Positions 28,353 through 64,000 of a stretch of DNA of 64,000 nucleotides are shown here, piece after piece. This DNA is from Paraspadella gotoi (Eukaryota > Animalia > Chaetognatha). Numbering within the stretch: the stretch's first letter is position 1; every line of letters starts with the position of its first letter. The stretch covers positions 6,112,875 through 6,176,874 of the forward strand of contig CM119271.1 of NCBI GenBank assembly GCA_051294375.1, written 5' to 3'. A program made the translations under genes and the position numbers. Below the pieces are notes generated by a model. It worked only from the letters and a program-made list of their open reading frames with translations, was not told the DNA's origin and made no database searches.

Positions 28353-29664
28353 ATATTACGCAAGAGAAGATAATCTATGACTGATTATTGATATGTTACA
28401 TTTGTCGTACTCCTGCCAAAGTCCTTAAATACAAAATATGGCGATCCGTTTGCATTGTACGCACAGCGTAATTGCTAAATAGTGTTTGTCAAAAGCAGGC
28501 GGTTTTCTCAAGTTTTAAATATTATTTTAAATAATATTCTATCAGGCTTCGGCTCATTTATTATTATTAAAAAAATTTAATTATATAGTAATGAGAGGAA
28601 GTTGGCTTTTGACTGACATTTTTTTTCGGCGTGGATCTTTGTTGTTTTTGAAGTGTTTCTTTATCTATTGGCAAAGTTTTGTGATTTCCGTCAGTTGGCT
28701 TAAATTCACATGTATCTCTTTTTCTCAAATATCGATACTAAAAAATCGAAATGCTTTTGCTTATTTTTATTTTTTTTACTACTCAAATTCTGTTTTAGAT
28801 ATGTATTTGACACCGACGATTTTATTTTGTGACAGGCTCTAGTATTTGTTTCAAAATTTGGTAAAACCTCAGGTACTGGGGGTAGACGAAAGGGGCGGTT
28901 CGATACAATGGAGGTTCCTGCTATCCTCTTTGCCTTTACTTCTACGCCTTCACTATGAGTGGGAACTCGCCGCTTGCGGGTGGTCATTCCACCAGCCTGG
29001 CCAACATTGGGGATCGGATCAAATCTAAGTCAGTCGAAGTGATTCTCTACTGGGATATTCACTCCTGTGAAAAAAAAATAGTCATAAATTGCGTACATTT
29101 TAAGCATACATTTTAAAAAATGATTATTCAGAAATGTAGATTCTGAAAAGAGTCGTTAAAAACCAAATTGGGGGGGGGGGAAAACAAATTGAAGATCTGT
29201 AAAAAAAAGTTTTTTTTTACCTTATTCTTTGGGTATTGTATAATAATAATAATATATAATATATAATAATTTCTTATCGGGCAATGGAATTTCTAAAGAA
29301 TTCGTCTGGCGATTTCATTTATTTTCTGACTAATAATAATAATCATCAGGATCTCCACTGTACATATATATGTTAAAAAAAAATCGGTTTGGTCTGGTGT
29401 TATAATACCTAAAATATAAAAGGTTAAAAATATATAAATTTTCTTCTGCTTTATCGCTCTATTTTAGTAGTTTTAAAAAAATATTGCTTGTAAACTAATG
29501 GACAAATTTATATAAAATTTGCACAATAAATATTATTGACCTATAATATTTTTCATAATGAAATATAACACGATTTATTTTCGTAATGTTTTAGGGTTGC
29601 CTCTTTTTTGCACAGGACTGAAATTGTCGCATTTAAAAATATTTTTTTAAAATCTCACGCTCAG

Positions 29665-30004
29665 ATTCTCGTCCGGCCCCCCCGGGGCGAACTCTGGCCC
29701 GGCCTCCCGCGCGGCTTCTGTCTCCTCAGACGCGGATTTCAACATTAAGTTCGTCGCCGCGGACGACGAGCTCGATATTGACGACATCCTGGCCGCCGCG
29801 ACGCAGCGTCGTAAAGATGCCGCCGCTGCCTCCGCTGCCCCTCATAATAACGGCTTGACCGACAGGGAGGATTTGCGCTGCGAGAATGCGTCCAAGGCGA
29901 ACAATGACCCGGGATCGAAATTAGGTGAGAATCTTGGTAGGAGGGCCAGAGAGATAGAGCGAGAGCGACTTGTGGAGTAAGCGGGGTTGCTTTCTTTCTC
30001 TCTT

Positions 30005-30076
<72 letters not shown>

Positions 30077-33000
30077 CGTTTTTTTCAATTGTTGTTGGAA
30101 AAGAAATCATTCGCCAACTCTACACATGAATTCGAACTTCATCGACCCGACGTTACAAAATTAATTTTTTTTTAGCGTTCGAGGGATCGACGAAGGGCAG
30201 TGCAAAACCGTCGGCCTCAACGCCCCTTCCGATCTCTCCTGAATTGACGCGACAGTCGGAGGACAAAATGAAGCGAAACATTATGAAGGTCTAATGGTCT
30301 ATCCAGTTTTATTTGATTTATTATCAATATAATATGTAAAAGTTTATTTAGAAAATGATTTATTCCATAACCCGTAAATCGCTTTGGATCGGACTTGAAA
30401 ATTTCTCATCGTCGTTCAGGTTATCGACTTCCAAGCCAACAAGACGCGATCTCTTGACCTTCCGTCGATCAGTAAATTCAAGGCGACGGAACCCGGCGTC
30501 GACGACGCCATGGAATCCGCCGCTTCAGCTTCTTCGATGGCGTCATCGGCAATCGATTTTGACGAGGCGGGCGACGCAGTATCGCCTTCTCGGAAGAGTC
30601 TCGGCTTTTTCGACGATCTTCAGTCGAAGATTCATCAAAAATCTAAAGATTTACAGGTTCGTGAATTACGATTTATATTGTTTCCTTGTTGCTCTTATAT
30701 CAATCTGGCAACTAGCTATTAGTAAAAAAAAACCTTAAACCAATTGCATTCATGATTTATCTTATCTATAATCTTTCAGCTCTCATCTCCAGTCGCCACC
30801 CGCAACATCATCGGAGATTTGCAGCACCGTTGGGCACAACGCGGATCCCGTGAGCCCACGCCGACTCCGGACTCGGCGTCCCCCGATGGCTCGGCGCCGT
30901 CGTCCTCACCGCCCACGACCAAGACGGGCGCCAAAATTTTGGTCGAGATAAAGGAAATGCTGCACGAAAAGAAGGGCAAGCTGGAGGAAGAGATGAATAA
31001 GAGGAAGGCCTTCAGAAGCGGCGCCGCCATCCCCACACCTTCGACGGTACATTCCGACGACGGCCGCGTCGTCGCCGTCGAGGAGATCACAGTTCATCAA
31101 GGCATCGTGAAGGGTCGCTCTTCGCCCGTAGTAGTGCCGCCCGGTCGCGCCTCGCCTTCCGAACCCCGTGGGTCCGCCTCTAGAGGCCAGTCTCCATCCC
31201 TTCCTCGAGCCAAAGAGAATTATTCTGCACCCTTTTCTGGATCGCCTTTCACCGGAAGAAGTTTCACTGGATCCGTTAGAATTGACGGTAAAGATCATGC
31301 ATTTCTCCCGATGCAGATAGTTTTCTTTTTCGAGAACGAGTAAGGGTAAAAATGTCACGTAATGAGCAAGTGGGCAATCAAATCAATCATCCTTGTTAGA
31401 TGAAATTTAATAAAAAAAATCTCCTAAATGAAAAACTATTTTAATAACGAGATTTGTTTCCGTCTCCGCTCCAGAAGGCGATTCACAATCGTACGCTTCA
31501 TCGAATCTGCCCCCAGCTTTGACCGCTCAAGAAGTGCACGAAGATTTAATTACCGAAGATGAGTCGGATGCGCCTCCACAGCCGGAGCCGCCTCGCCAAT
31601 CATCCAGACCCAGACAAACCCCGATTACCGCCCAAACGGATAACGCTTTATTAAACTCCGCCGCCCGCGACGATAGCTTTGTATCTCACAGCATTAATCA
31701 AAACAGGTTGGTAAAGTAAAACGCGACATTTTGTGTTGGCCCGAGAGTAGTTGCTAAAATTTTCTCGGTGGTCAGATTACGTACATACTTTGTTACATCA
31801 TATGTAAAACAATCTATAATAATTATAATTCAATTACTGAATATTAATAAGACATTAGAAATTATCACATTCAAACTTTCAACGTTGACTAGTGACTACT
31901 ATATCCTTATCCAATGTCCATTAATGACAGGAAATTTATAAGAACATGAAGTATTGAAATAAAGCATGCTGAAAAGCGCAATTATGTTTAAAAATTATGC
32001 CGAGAACATAACGATGATGATTATTTCAATTATTTTTGAAGTCGTAATCGTTTGCGCTTGCGACGATTTTGGGACGATGGTCCTTGTAAACGTCGTCGTC
32101 CTTCTGTAAATCGTAGTAGTAGATCGCCTTGTATGAAGCTGAAAATTTAAAAATGGCTTCTCATCATCGAGGTCCTTTAAAAAATGAGAGTTAGATTTCA
32201 AAAGTTTGATCTAATATCGATTCCCTTCAAGTTATGACTAACTGTAATATGCAAATTAGCAAATAGACAATTATACTATAATATGGTTGTACCAATTTTA
32301 TAGAAAAAATTTCGGGCTCCGGGTCTAACCCTTTCACGGTCACGCAGGTTGAGTGTGATGTTGGCATAAACCCGTGGACGTGAGGCGGTGTGAATATACC
32401 GCCACAGGATCCCCGGGCCAAGACATCACTCAGGTTCCTCAAGCCTGAGAGGTGTTTGACAAGACTGTTACCATAGTGGGAGAGAGAGAGAGAGCGCGAG
32501 TTGTGGGGGCATAGGCGTTTGGTCGTAGCGTACCCCAGGGGCATAGGCGTTTTGTCGTAGCGTACCCAAAGTCGTCAGGGCATAGGCGTTTGTCGTAGCG
32601 TTCCCTGAGAAGGTTGCGTGTTTGATAGTAGGGCTCACCACTTATGGCAACAACCGGGTTGCCTGTGATGCCCATTGGGATGGGGCATCTCACTGTTGGT
32701 TTTGGGGGCTTCCGACCCTCAGTGACGCCTCCAGTCACTGGCGCGGTTACCCTAGGACGGTCTCGCTTTGCCAACGCAGAGGGAAGTCGTTAGGACTGTG
32801 GATGGAACACTACGCTTGGGATGGTGTGTTCCCCCTCTGAGCCAATGGATTTTGGCTGAAGGATGGTGGACGTGAGGCGGTGTGAATATACCGCCACAGT
32901 ATCTCATTTTTGATTAAAGCTCTAGCTATAACGCTATATCTTACTTTTTTGTGCGTGTTTGTCCATTTGTCATTGGATATTCCTTTTGTTTTTATATTTT

Positions 33001-36000
33001 TATTTTTTATACATTTTATTTTGATTTTTTATATGTATTAAGCCAAATTTGTCATGTACTATAAAACTTAGTTTTCCTGTATCAAATTAGATTTTTTAAG
33101 TATCATTGAAGTTAGTCATGGGTCCAGATTTTTTTTTCATGCGATTGTGACCATCCTTATGTTTTTAAGATTTTTATGATAACTATTGAAATATGTTTAT
33201 CTCCTCGACATTTCTCTCAGCATACCCGGATCACCCAGCTCTGGCGACGGTATTCGCTCCTCGATGCTTGCTGACAAAAGCAGTACCCCGCCCCCGACTC
33301 CTCCGCCGCCCTTACGCTTGCCTCTACCGCGCCTCTTCTCGGATCTCAAATTCATACATCAATTGGTTTTCGTGGTTGCGATTTTAGCCTCCCTAGTGGC
33401 GCTGCCTTTGCCATCGTTCGTCGCTGGCGCCATTTTTGGTGCCGTCGTCGTAACTGCTTTTTGGTCTTTGATTATGCTCATCGCTTCTTCATTCCGGACG
33501 GTGAAGCCGGAAGAAGGACGGAAGAAGGATAAGGTGTTGACATTTGGTGAGTTTTTAACTTGATTTAATTAGATTAGGGTCCAAAATGTTCTTCTTCCAT
33601 CTCTCTTCTAAACACCTCCCGCAACAGATCCTCCCCTTCCGTTTGTCCACTCTCCGACATTCCCTCGCCATCCTTCGGCCACTCCTACCGTGCATGTGGG
33701 TTGGGTCAATCTTCTGCCCTTCCCATACGAGCCCGTAACATACCACGTGGCGCAGACATACTCCGTACTTGCTTCGCTCGACTCGACATCGGGGGTCCTA
33801 ATCCTCCGGCGTCCCCGCCTTAATGTTCCCAAGAGAGCCATGCGAAACGAGGTGTTGCCCACAGACGCCGCCTTCACGGAAGTTCGCGAGTATCGCCTCG
33901 ATCACTCCGCATCTATCCGCCTCTTACCTCTGGGACTGGTGTCCAAGAGGCTCTTCAGCAAAAAGTATCCCATCTCCATCGAACTGGGCGACGACGTCGA
34001 AGAGGACAACGACGGGGCTCTTGTCGGAGATTGCGCCAAACTTCGAAACCGTTTGCCTAATGCCAACGTTGAAAAGCCCGATGATTCTGAGCGAGACGTC
34101 GCGACCGATTTGGGATACGAGCTCGTCTCCAAGGAAATATTGCAAATGAAAGCTATAACATTGTTTGCTCGCTCGTGCAGGGAAAAGGAAGAGTGGTACC
34201 AGAAGCTTCTGGAGGTTACAAAGGTGAGATTTTTTTTTCTCGTTTCTCAGAAGATTAGATATTTTCATTTATTTTTTTTTCTAGCCTCCTCCAGCGTCTA
34301 CATCTATAAACGAATCCGCCGCCTCTGCATCTTGTCATGAGTCTCCGGTCAAACGGGCGGAACCTCTCGATTTTTCCCAGCCGGTTGTTTTTCGCAAGGC
34401 GCCCATGTTCGAGACACTTGAGCGCGACCCGAGTTTCGGCGAAGGCAACTTTGACGGAACTCTCGAGGACGACCGCATCGAACTTCCTTCAGCATCGGAG
34501 CGGGATGATGCCACCGACGATGATTTCAAGGATTATCTAAGCCGCGCCACGGAGGCAGCGGCAGGGTCGAACCCGGCGGACGCCAATGGTATCGGATCAG
34601 CGGAAGTGGCCACCGACGCTGACGCCTTAGAGAGCGAGTCGTCGTCCTTCGTTCCGGCGGTGATCCCGGAGCCCGCACCTTCCACGGTCTCCCCCTCTCC
34701 TCCCCACATTTGGCTGAATGCGCTCCTCATGCGTCTCTTTTGGGACTTTCTCCGGGAGGCCAAGTGGCGTCGTCTCCTCATGGAGAAAGTCCAGAAGAAA
34801 CTAGGAAAGATGCATCTGCCCCATTTCATCAACGAGTTGCAGGTGACCGAAATGGACCTGGGAAAAGCCCTGCCCAACATCTCGCGCGCTGGGGATCCCT
34901 ATCTCGACGACCACGGTCTATGGATCAAGTTGGCCGTGGATTATCGCGGCTCGGCTAAGATGACGCTCGAAACGAAGATGAACCTGATGAAGTTGAAGCG
35001 AGCGTCGACGAAGACGTTGGCAGGCGCCGAAAGCGCCGGCGCCACTCCTGCCGCGGAGGAAAACGATTTGGGTAAAAAGGAGGAGAAGAAGAGAAGCGAG
35101 AAGTTGGCGCCGCTGTTTAACGAGGATGCGGAGGACAGCGCCGAGTCGGACAGCGAAATCGAGGTTTGGGCGAATGAGGGGGGGGGAAATTCATTGCGAG
35201 TTCCTAGTTTTACTCCCTTTTTTAATGCTTAATTTTCGTATTTTATTTAGGACAACGACGAGCCCATTGATCCTTCAAAGGATGACAGCTCGCAGCTACA
35301 TTTGCAGCAACCTCAAGGAACTTCGAAAAAGATCCTCAGCTTCATAGATAAAGTCGCCGCCACGAAATATTTTCAACAGGTGACGGAAAAGAATCGTACT
35401 TACGACCAGTCCCAATTTCTAATTAACAGCTAGCAAAAGAAATAAAAAGATCGCGTTCGCTTCTGTCTAGGCTACCGAGGTGAAAGTGATAAAAAAGGCC
35501 ATGGAGGGAGTATCCAATACCCCGTTGATCCTCACCGTCTGCGTGGAATCGCTGACGGGAACTCTTTGTCTAAACGTACCTCCAGCCCCCTCGGACCGCC
35601 TATGGTGGGGCTTTCTGGGCGATCCCCATCTTAAGTTGTCCGTCACGCCTCGCATCGGTGACAAGGAACTCACGTTGACTCAAGTCACCGACTGGATTGA
35701 AGCCCGACTAAAGGTGAGACTGATAAATTAATGTAAAAATGGCAATGAATGAATGAGCGCCTTTCGCAGTTACACAACCATAACCTTATTATTGGTGTCA
35801 AGGAGGATAAAAAACGCTATAACCATTTACCATTTATTGTTACGTTAGTTCCATAAGTTACGTAAGTTACATTTGAAGACTTTTACTGATTAAAACAAAA
35901 TGCACACATTCCCATTTCGTCGTGCTTTGAAAAAATGTGGCCATTTTCTTTGTCTATGGTTTCTCAGATTATCGGCACCAATTTATCATTAATTATTATT

Positions 36001-36139
36001 ATTATTAAATTAATTATCATTAATCCTTATTCTCTTACCCTGTACATAGATGGAGTTCGAAAAGATTCTCGTCATCCCGAACATGGACGATTTGATTATT
36101 CCGCTACTAAATCCCGCTTCTGTTCACAAGGACACTTGA
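29665..36139 (+). CDS. TEX2: TEX2 (SMP-domain ER contact-site lipid-transfer protein), multi-exon; first coding exon uncertain (candidate ATG micro-exon 29284-29303)
   Basis: Disordered N-terminus, TM hairpin (LVFVVAILASLVALPLPSFVAGAIFG), PH-like region (GWVN...YHVAQTYSV...LFSKKYPISI...LFARSCREKEEWY) and SMP domain (WLNALLMRLFWDFL...LPHFINELQVTEMDLG...LETKMNLMKL; NVPPAPSDRLWWGF; FEKILVIPNMDDL). Confidence 0.88.
32374..32898 (-). mobile_element. Miniature or deleted LTR retroelement (TRIM-like) in a TEX2 intron: full LTR 32898-32643, PBS-like TGGTGAGCCC at 32640-32631, ~235-bp non-coding internal part, first 33 bp of a second LTR at 32406-32374
   Basis: GTGGACGTGAGGCGGTGTGAATATACCGCCACA is directly repeated at both ends. 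A TGG-initiated motif lies 2 nt after the LTR. No TSD flanks the LTR itself, unlike the solo copies. Confidence 0.75.
32506..32607. repeat. Three tandem copies of a ~32-bp unit (GGGCATAGGCGTTT(G/T)GTCGTAGCGTACCC) inside the LTR element
   Basis: Directly visible repeats starting near 32506, 32538 and 32578. Confidence 0.9.
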
Positions 36140-38570
36140 CACATTTCGTATCGACGCGGAGACCTTCAATTATATGAACACGTGTGGACGATCCCTTTCA
36201 ACCCCTTGTGAAAGATAGAAAGTGACATATTGCTCACAGTTCGATTGTTGAAATTGTGAGGTTGCGACTGATGCGATGAGAGCGACGTAGAATGGTCCCG
36301 TCCTTTTTCATTGCTGAGGAAACGATTTTTATTACATTTGACACGAGAATTATCACATGTCCAAAAAAATTATTTTGTGGGTTCTTTTATTGGTGTTTTT
36401 GAGATTTATTTATACACATTTCGGAATATTTTTTAGTTTAAGTAAAAAAAAAAAACTCGAACCAATCAAAAATTAAAAAGCTAATTTATATGCATGCCAA
36501 GATTGTATGTATTTTTGGGAAAAAAAAACTTTATTACACGTTTCTCTTTTACATTTCCAAAATTTTTCGAATTTTCTATTACAGTATCAGTGTAAAATAT
36601 GGAATAATTTGGCTAACTTAAAACATACATTATGTCTCTGTTTTCTCAACAGCAGAAGTCTGCTGGGCGGACTGTTTCGTAATTTGGTCGATTGAAATTG
36701 ATTTCGTGAAAACCTGCTTGTACACCCTGTCTTTGTTCGTATGCCGTCGACGGCTGTCTTCGTTTTTATTCTTTTTATTTCTATACATACTAAAATTCAA
36801 GCGTGTCTAAGTCATCGGTATTTTTATACATACATTTCAGTAGTCTGAACTCGTGTCTAGGAAAGATTTTGAGATTAGTTAATATTTGATATTTCTTCTT
36901 ATTCCTAGTCATCGTTTGCCTCGTTACGTTTAGCACATATTTTCTTGCGTATTTATATTTTTTAGTTGAGAAACTGTCAACGGAAACGATAATCTTTTAT
37001 ATTTGCAAGGCTATTAGAAAATGTTTTCCCGTTTCAATTTTAATAAATTTCAGAACTTTTAATCAGTTTTTCACTTCTTTTTGCGCTGCGAGTTTATATA
37101 CGAAGAAAAGAAAATTCAGGGTTTGAGTTATGTATTAGGAACAACAAAAACTTTTCATTCTTTAGGGCAAGAGATGATCAGTTAACACTGAAAGTAATTG
37201 CAAAATTCTAATTTCTGAACAATAGCAATGAACAGCTTAACTGGTGCAAATGGTTTAAGATAAATCTGCATAACAATCCGAAATGTATTATGGCTAGATG
37301 TCGGGATAGAATATATACACCACTCAATTAAGTAAATGCCTATGTTTGGAAGAAAAATAAGGGATTGTGATATGTTCCTCCCTATTCGTATAGACTACTG
37401 TATTTTTTATTTTTTGTTAACCAATTGTCGATTACAATAGTCATCGCTTTTGCTTAGCATCTGAAAACTAGCGGAAGACCAGTATCAAAGACGCTACGAC
37501 GGAAATGAAAGTAACGATGATAATCATAAATATGCATGAACAAAAGGATTGGCACAAGATTTAAGGGAGTAGCGAAGTTGGTCATACTTCATCTAATAAT
37601 ATTGTAATTGATTAAAAGAAAAAAAAAAACTAGGCGATTAAAAACTTCCTGAGAAGAATTTTCTTAATTAAAAAAAATGGCGAAAGCAAAATACTTAAGC
37701 TCAGAGATAACGCTGTGCGCCACGTAATTTGTATGTGGCAGTTTTTATGGATGGGGAGAGGGAGGGGAAGAAAAGAGATCGGCTCGTTTTTCAACAAAAG
37801 TGGATGACCAAAACTTTTCTCAAAATCGATGTAACGAAAATTAATATGAAGCGGATCTTTTCTTTTTTTTTTTAACAAAGGTTTCGTCACAATGGCACGA
37901 GGCAACGAAAGGTCGTAAGAAAATAAAATATAATTAAAAACTAAGAGGTTTTATTTATATCATTAATTCATCAATATTCATTTTTAGCAATCAAAAAGAA
38001 GTTTTATCGGTATATTTAAAAATCGAGTCAATTTTAGTTAAACGTAGTTGACTAATTAAAATTGAAAATTGTTTAATCTCAGAATAAAAATTATTCATAA
38101 TAGTAGAATAGTAGAAAATGTTGATATTTATTTTTCTAAAAAAATTCCTTATTTTTATAATTGCATTCGATTCCACCGATAACTAAACTCACACACAGCT
38201 TTCGGGAAAAAAAAATACTCGATACGTTAATTTTAAACGTATCTTTATATTTTTTGAGGCACTCCGTTTTTCACAATAACTTTTTCGACAGACGACTTTA
38301 TAGGTAAACGAATCTCAGACCAGATAACGTCGCGTTGGAAAGAGACCCTTCTCACTCCCAACATTCTTCAAGGAAAAATTTACAACTTTTTTAATATTTA
38401 AAAAAAAATCTTTATGATGGTTAGCTATTTTTTAGCTATTTTTTAAAAAAAATATTTAATTTTTTAGACTAAAAAATAGCGATTATCCTTCCTTAAAAAC
38501 ACTAACTTTCATTTTTTCCCTACGAGAGAAATGACTTTCAATTCTCTCCCCAACGCCCCCGACGCGGCCT

Positions 38571-62228
<23,658 letters not shown>

Positions 62229-62990
62229 CTGGCGGGAATCGGAAGTAAGAGGGTTTTTTGTTTATTTTTTTTTTTAAACCATGTCAAATGGGGTTATACG
62301 TATCGTTAATTAATCTCATTAAAAATTCTTTTTTTTTTTTGTATTTCTGTATTTCGAAAAAAAAAAAAAAATATTGCTTTAATTGACGCAACGTAAAACC
62401 TAAAACTAAAAGTAAAATAAATAAATGAAAAAAAAAAAACGAAGTGAGAAATACGATGAAATTTAATGAAATTCTGGGAATAATCCATCTATCGTTTAAA
62501 TATCATGATAAATTGCGATTTTTATACCCCAAGAGCGAATTTCTCAGGATTCTTTACGCATTTTCTCTTTAACATTTGAACATTTTAACAAGAGCCCCCC
62601 AAAAAAGCGAGGAGCACAGTAAAAATAAAAACAACATCCGTATGACTCAACTTAAATTAAAAAAAAGCAGAACAACGACTTAGCTTAATTATATTTAAAA
62701 AAAATACACTGGTATAAAAAATGCTTCAAAAAAAATGTGGAAGAAAAAATTCGAGAAACTATATAAAAAAATAAAAAAAATAACCGTCGTTCTTGATATT
62801 AGGGACAAATGTATATATATTACAGAATCTTTCAAAGAGAGTTTTATTGCGAGTGAGAACCCATTTACGAGCATTTCAGTTTCTCAATTTCCTTCACCCA
62901 ATCCAAAAATCGGTTCCCTTGTCTACTGCATTCTGTTTTGTTTTGGAGATAAAACATCAAGAACAACAATGAAAAGAGAGAACGGGTAAA

Positions 62991-62991
<1 letters not shown>

Positions 62992-63024
<33 letters not shown>
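62992..63024. repeat. (GAC)n microsatellite
   Basis: About 11 units visible. Confidence 0.9.
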
Positions 63025-63025
<1 letters not shown>

Positions 63026-64000
63026 GAAGTAAATCTTTTCTTACATAAGATTCGCGACTTTAAAAGGTTGGAATAGGCGCTGCGAAAAGGTAAGTAACGT
63101 TTGGAGTAAAAAAATTTCATATATTGAAAGGATCTGAGCTAAATTATCAGTTTCTATTATTGGTTTCGGTGTTGAGTAATGTAACAGACTCGCTCAATCA
63201 CTACTTATCTCTAAGGAAATTCGGCCATGATTTCGCTCTATGACATATAAAGGGAAAGTCCTCCCTAACCTAATCCCTATCATTATCCTTAATCTTAACC
63301 CATATACTAATCCCCAACCCTAATCACTAACTATAATAAAATATTTTTAACTCTACTACTATCACACTTTAACTATCACTACTTTGACATAATTCTTAAC
63401 CTATTTCTTAAATTTACCCTAATTTTAATCTGATTCTAATTCTAAACCCCGCTAAGATGTTAATTTCGCCTCCCCCCTCATTTCCATTCCAATAATAATT
63501 CTCCCACTTCCCCCTCTGTCCGCCCACGAGACATCTCATTATCACTCTTCACCCTCGTTTTTATTCACACCTTTCGGGAGAAAGAAAGAGAGAAGGAAAG
63601 AAAGAAAAGAAAAGAAAAGAAAAGAAAAAGAAAAATCGCACTCAGTAACCCATCGACACCTCCCCCTCACCTTAATTTCCTCCACGAACGCCCAAAGGAA
63701 ATCCCCTTTGCCTCTGCTTTCCCTCTCCCCCCCCCCAACTCGCCCTCCTCCCTTCTCTCTTTTTCCGGTTCCACCTTCTTCGTTGTCTGAAAAGAAAAAA
63801 AAGGATTGACTTTGGTGAAAGTGGCTCTACGGCGCCAGCAGAGAGATTGAAGGAGGGAGGGATGGGATCGTGGGGGGCAAAAAGAGGTGGGGAAGTCGGG
63901 GTGATGGAACCGGGTGTGGCGCAAATTATTACCAAGATACTGTAGGTACTGAAGGAAAGAAAAAAGACCTGAAGCGGGACAGGTCAAAATTACCCCCCCC

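Overview
Genomic DNA from an animal (spliceosomal GT-AG introns, AT-rich introns, GC-richer exons, abundant (CT/GA)n, four N gaps). The window has two contrasting halves. From 1 to 36.1 kb, nine mostly intron-poor genes lie head-to-tail on the + strand: RPS9, INTS3, XPOT, a Vreteno/TDRD1-like RRM-MYND-Tudor gene, NPAT, NBAS, UPF0489/C5orf22, ARL6IP1 and TEX2. Stop-to-start gaps are as short as 88-256 nt and splice-acceptor-like sites precede the start codons, which suggests a long SL-trans-spliced eukaryotic operon. From 38.5 to 62.3 kb lies the 3' part of a large Turtle/IGSF9-like Ig-FN3-TM receptor gene on the - strand. One of its introns ends in a tandem array of about 21 copies of a ~55-bp unit that duplicates the exon's own splice acceptor and first codons. 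Mobile DNA comprises a ~255-bp LTR family (two solo LTRs with 4-bp TSDs and one miniature LTR-PBS-internal-LTR element) and an internally deleted Tc1 element. All gene names come from recognising motifs by eye; no database search was run.
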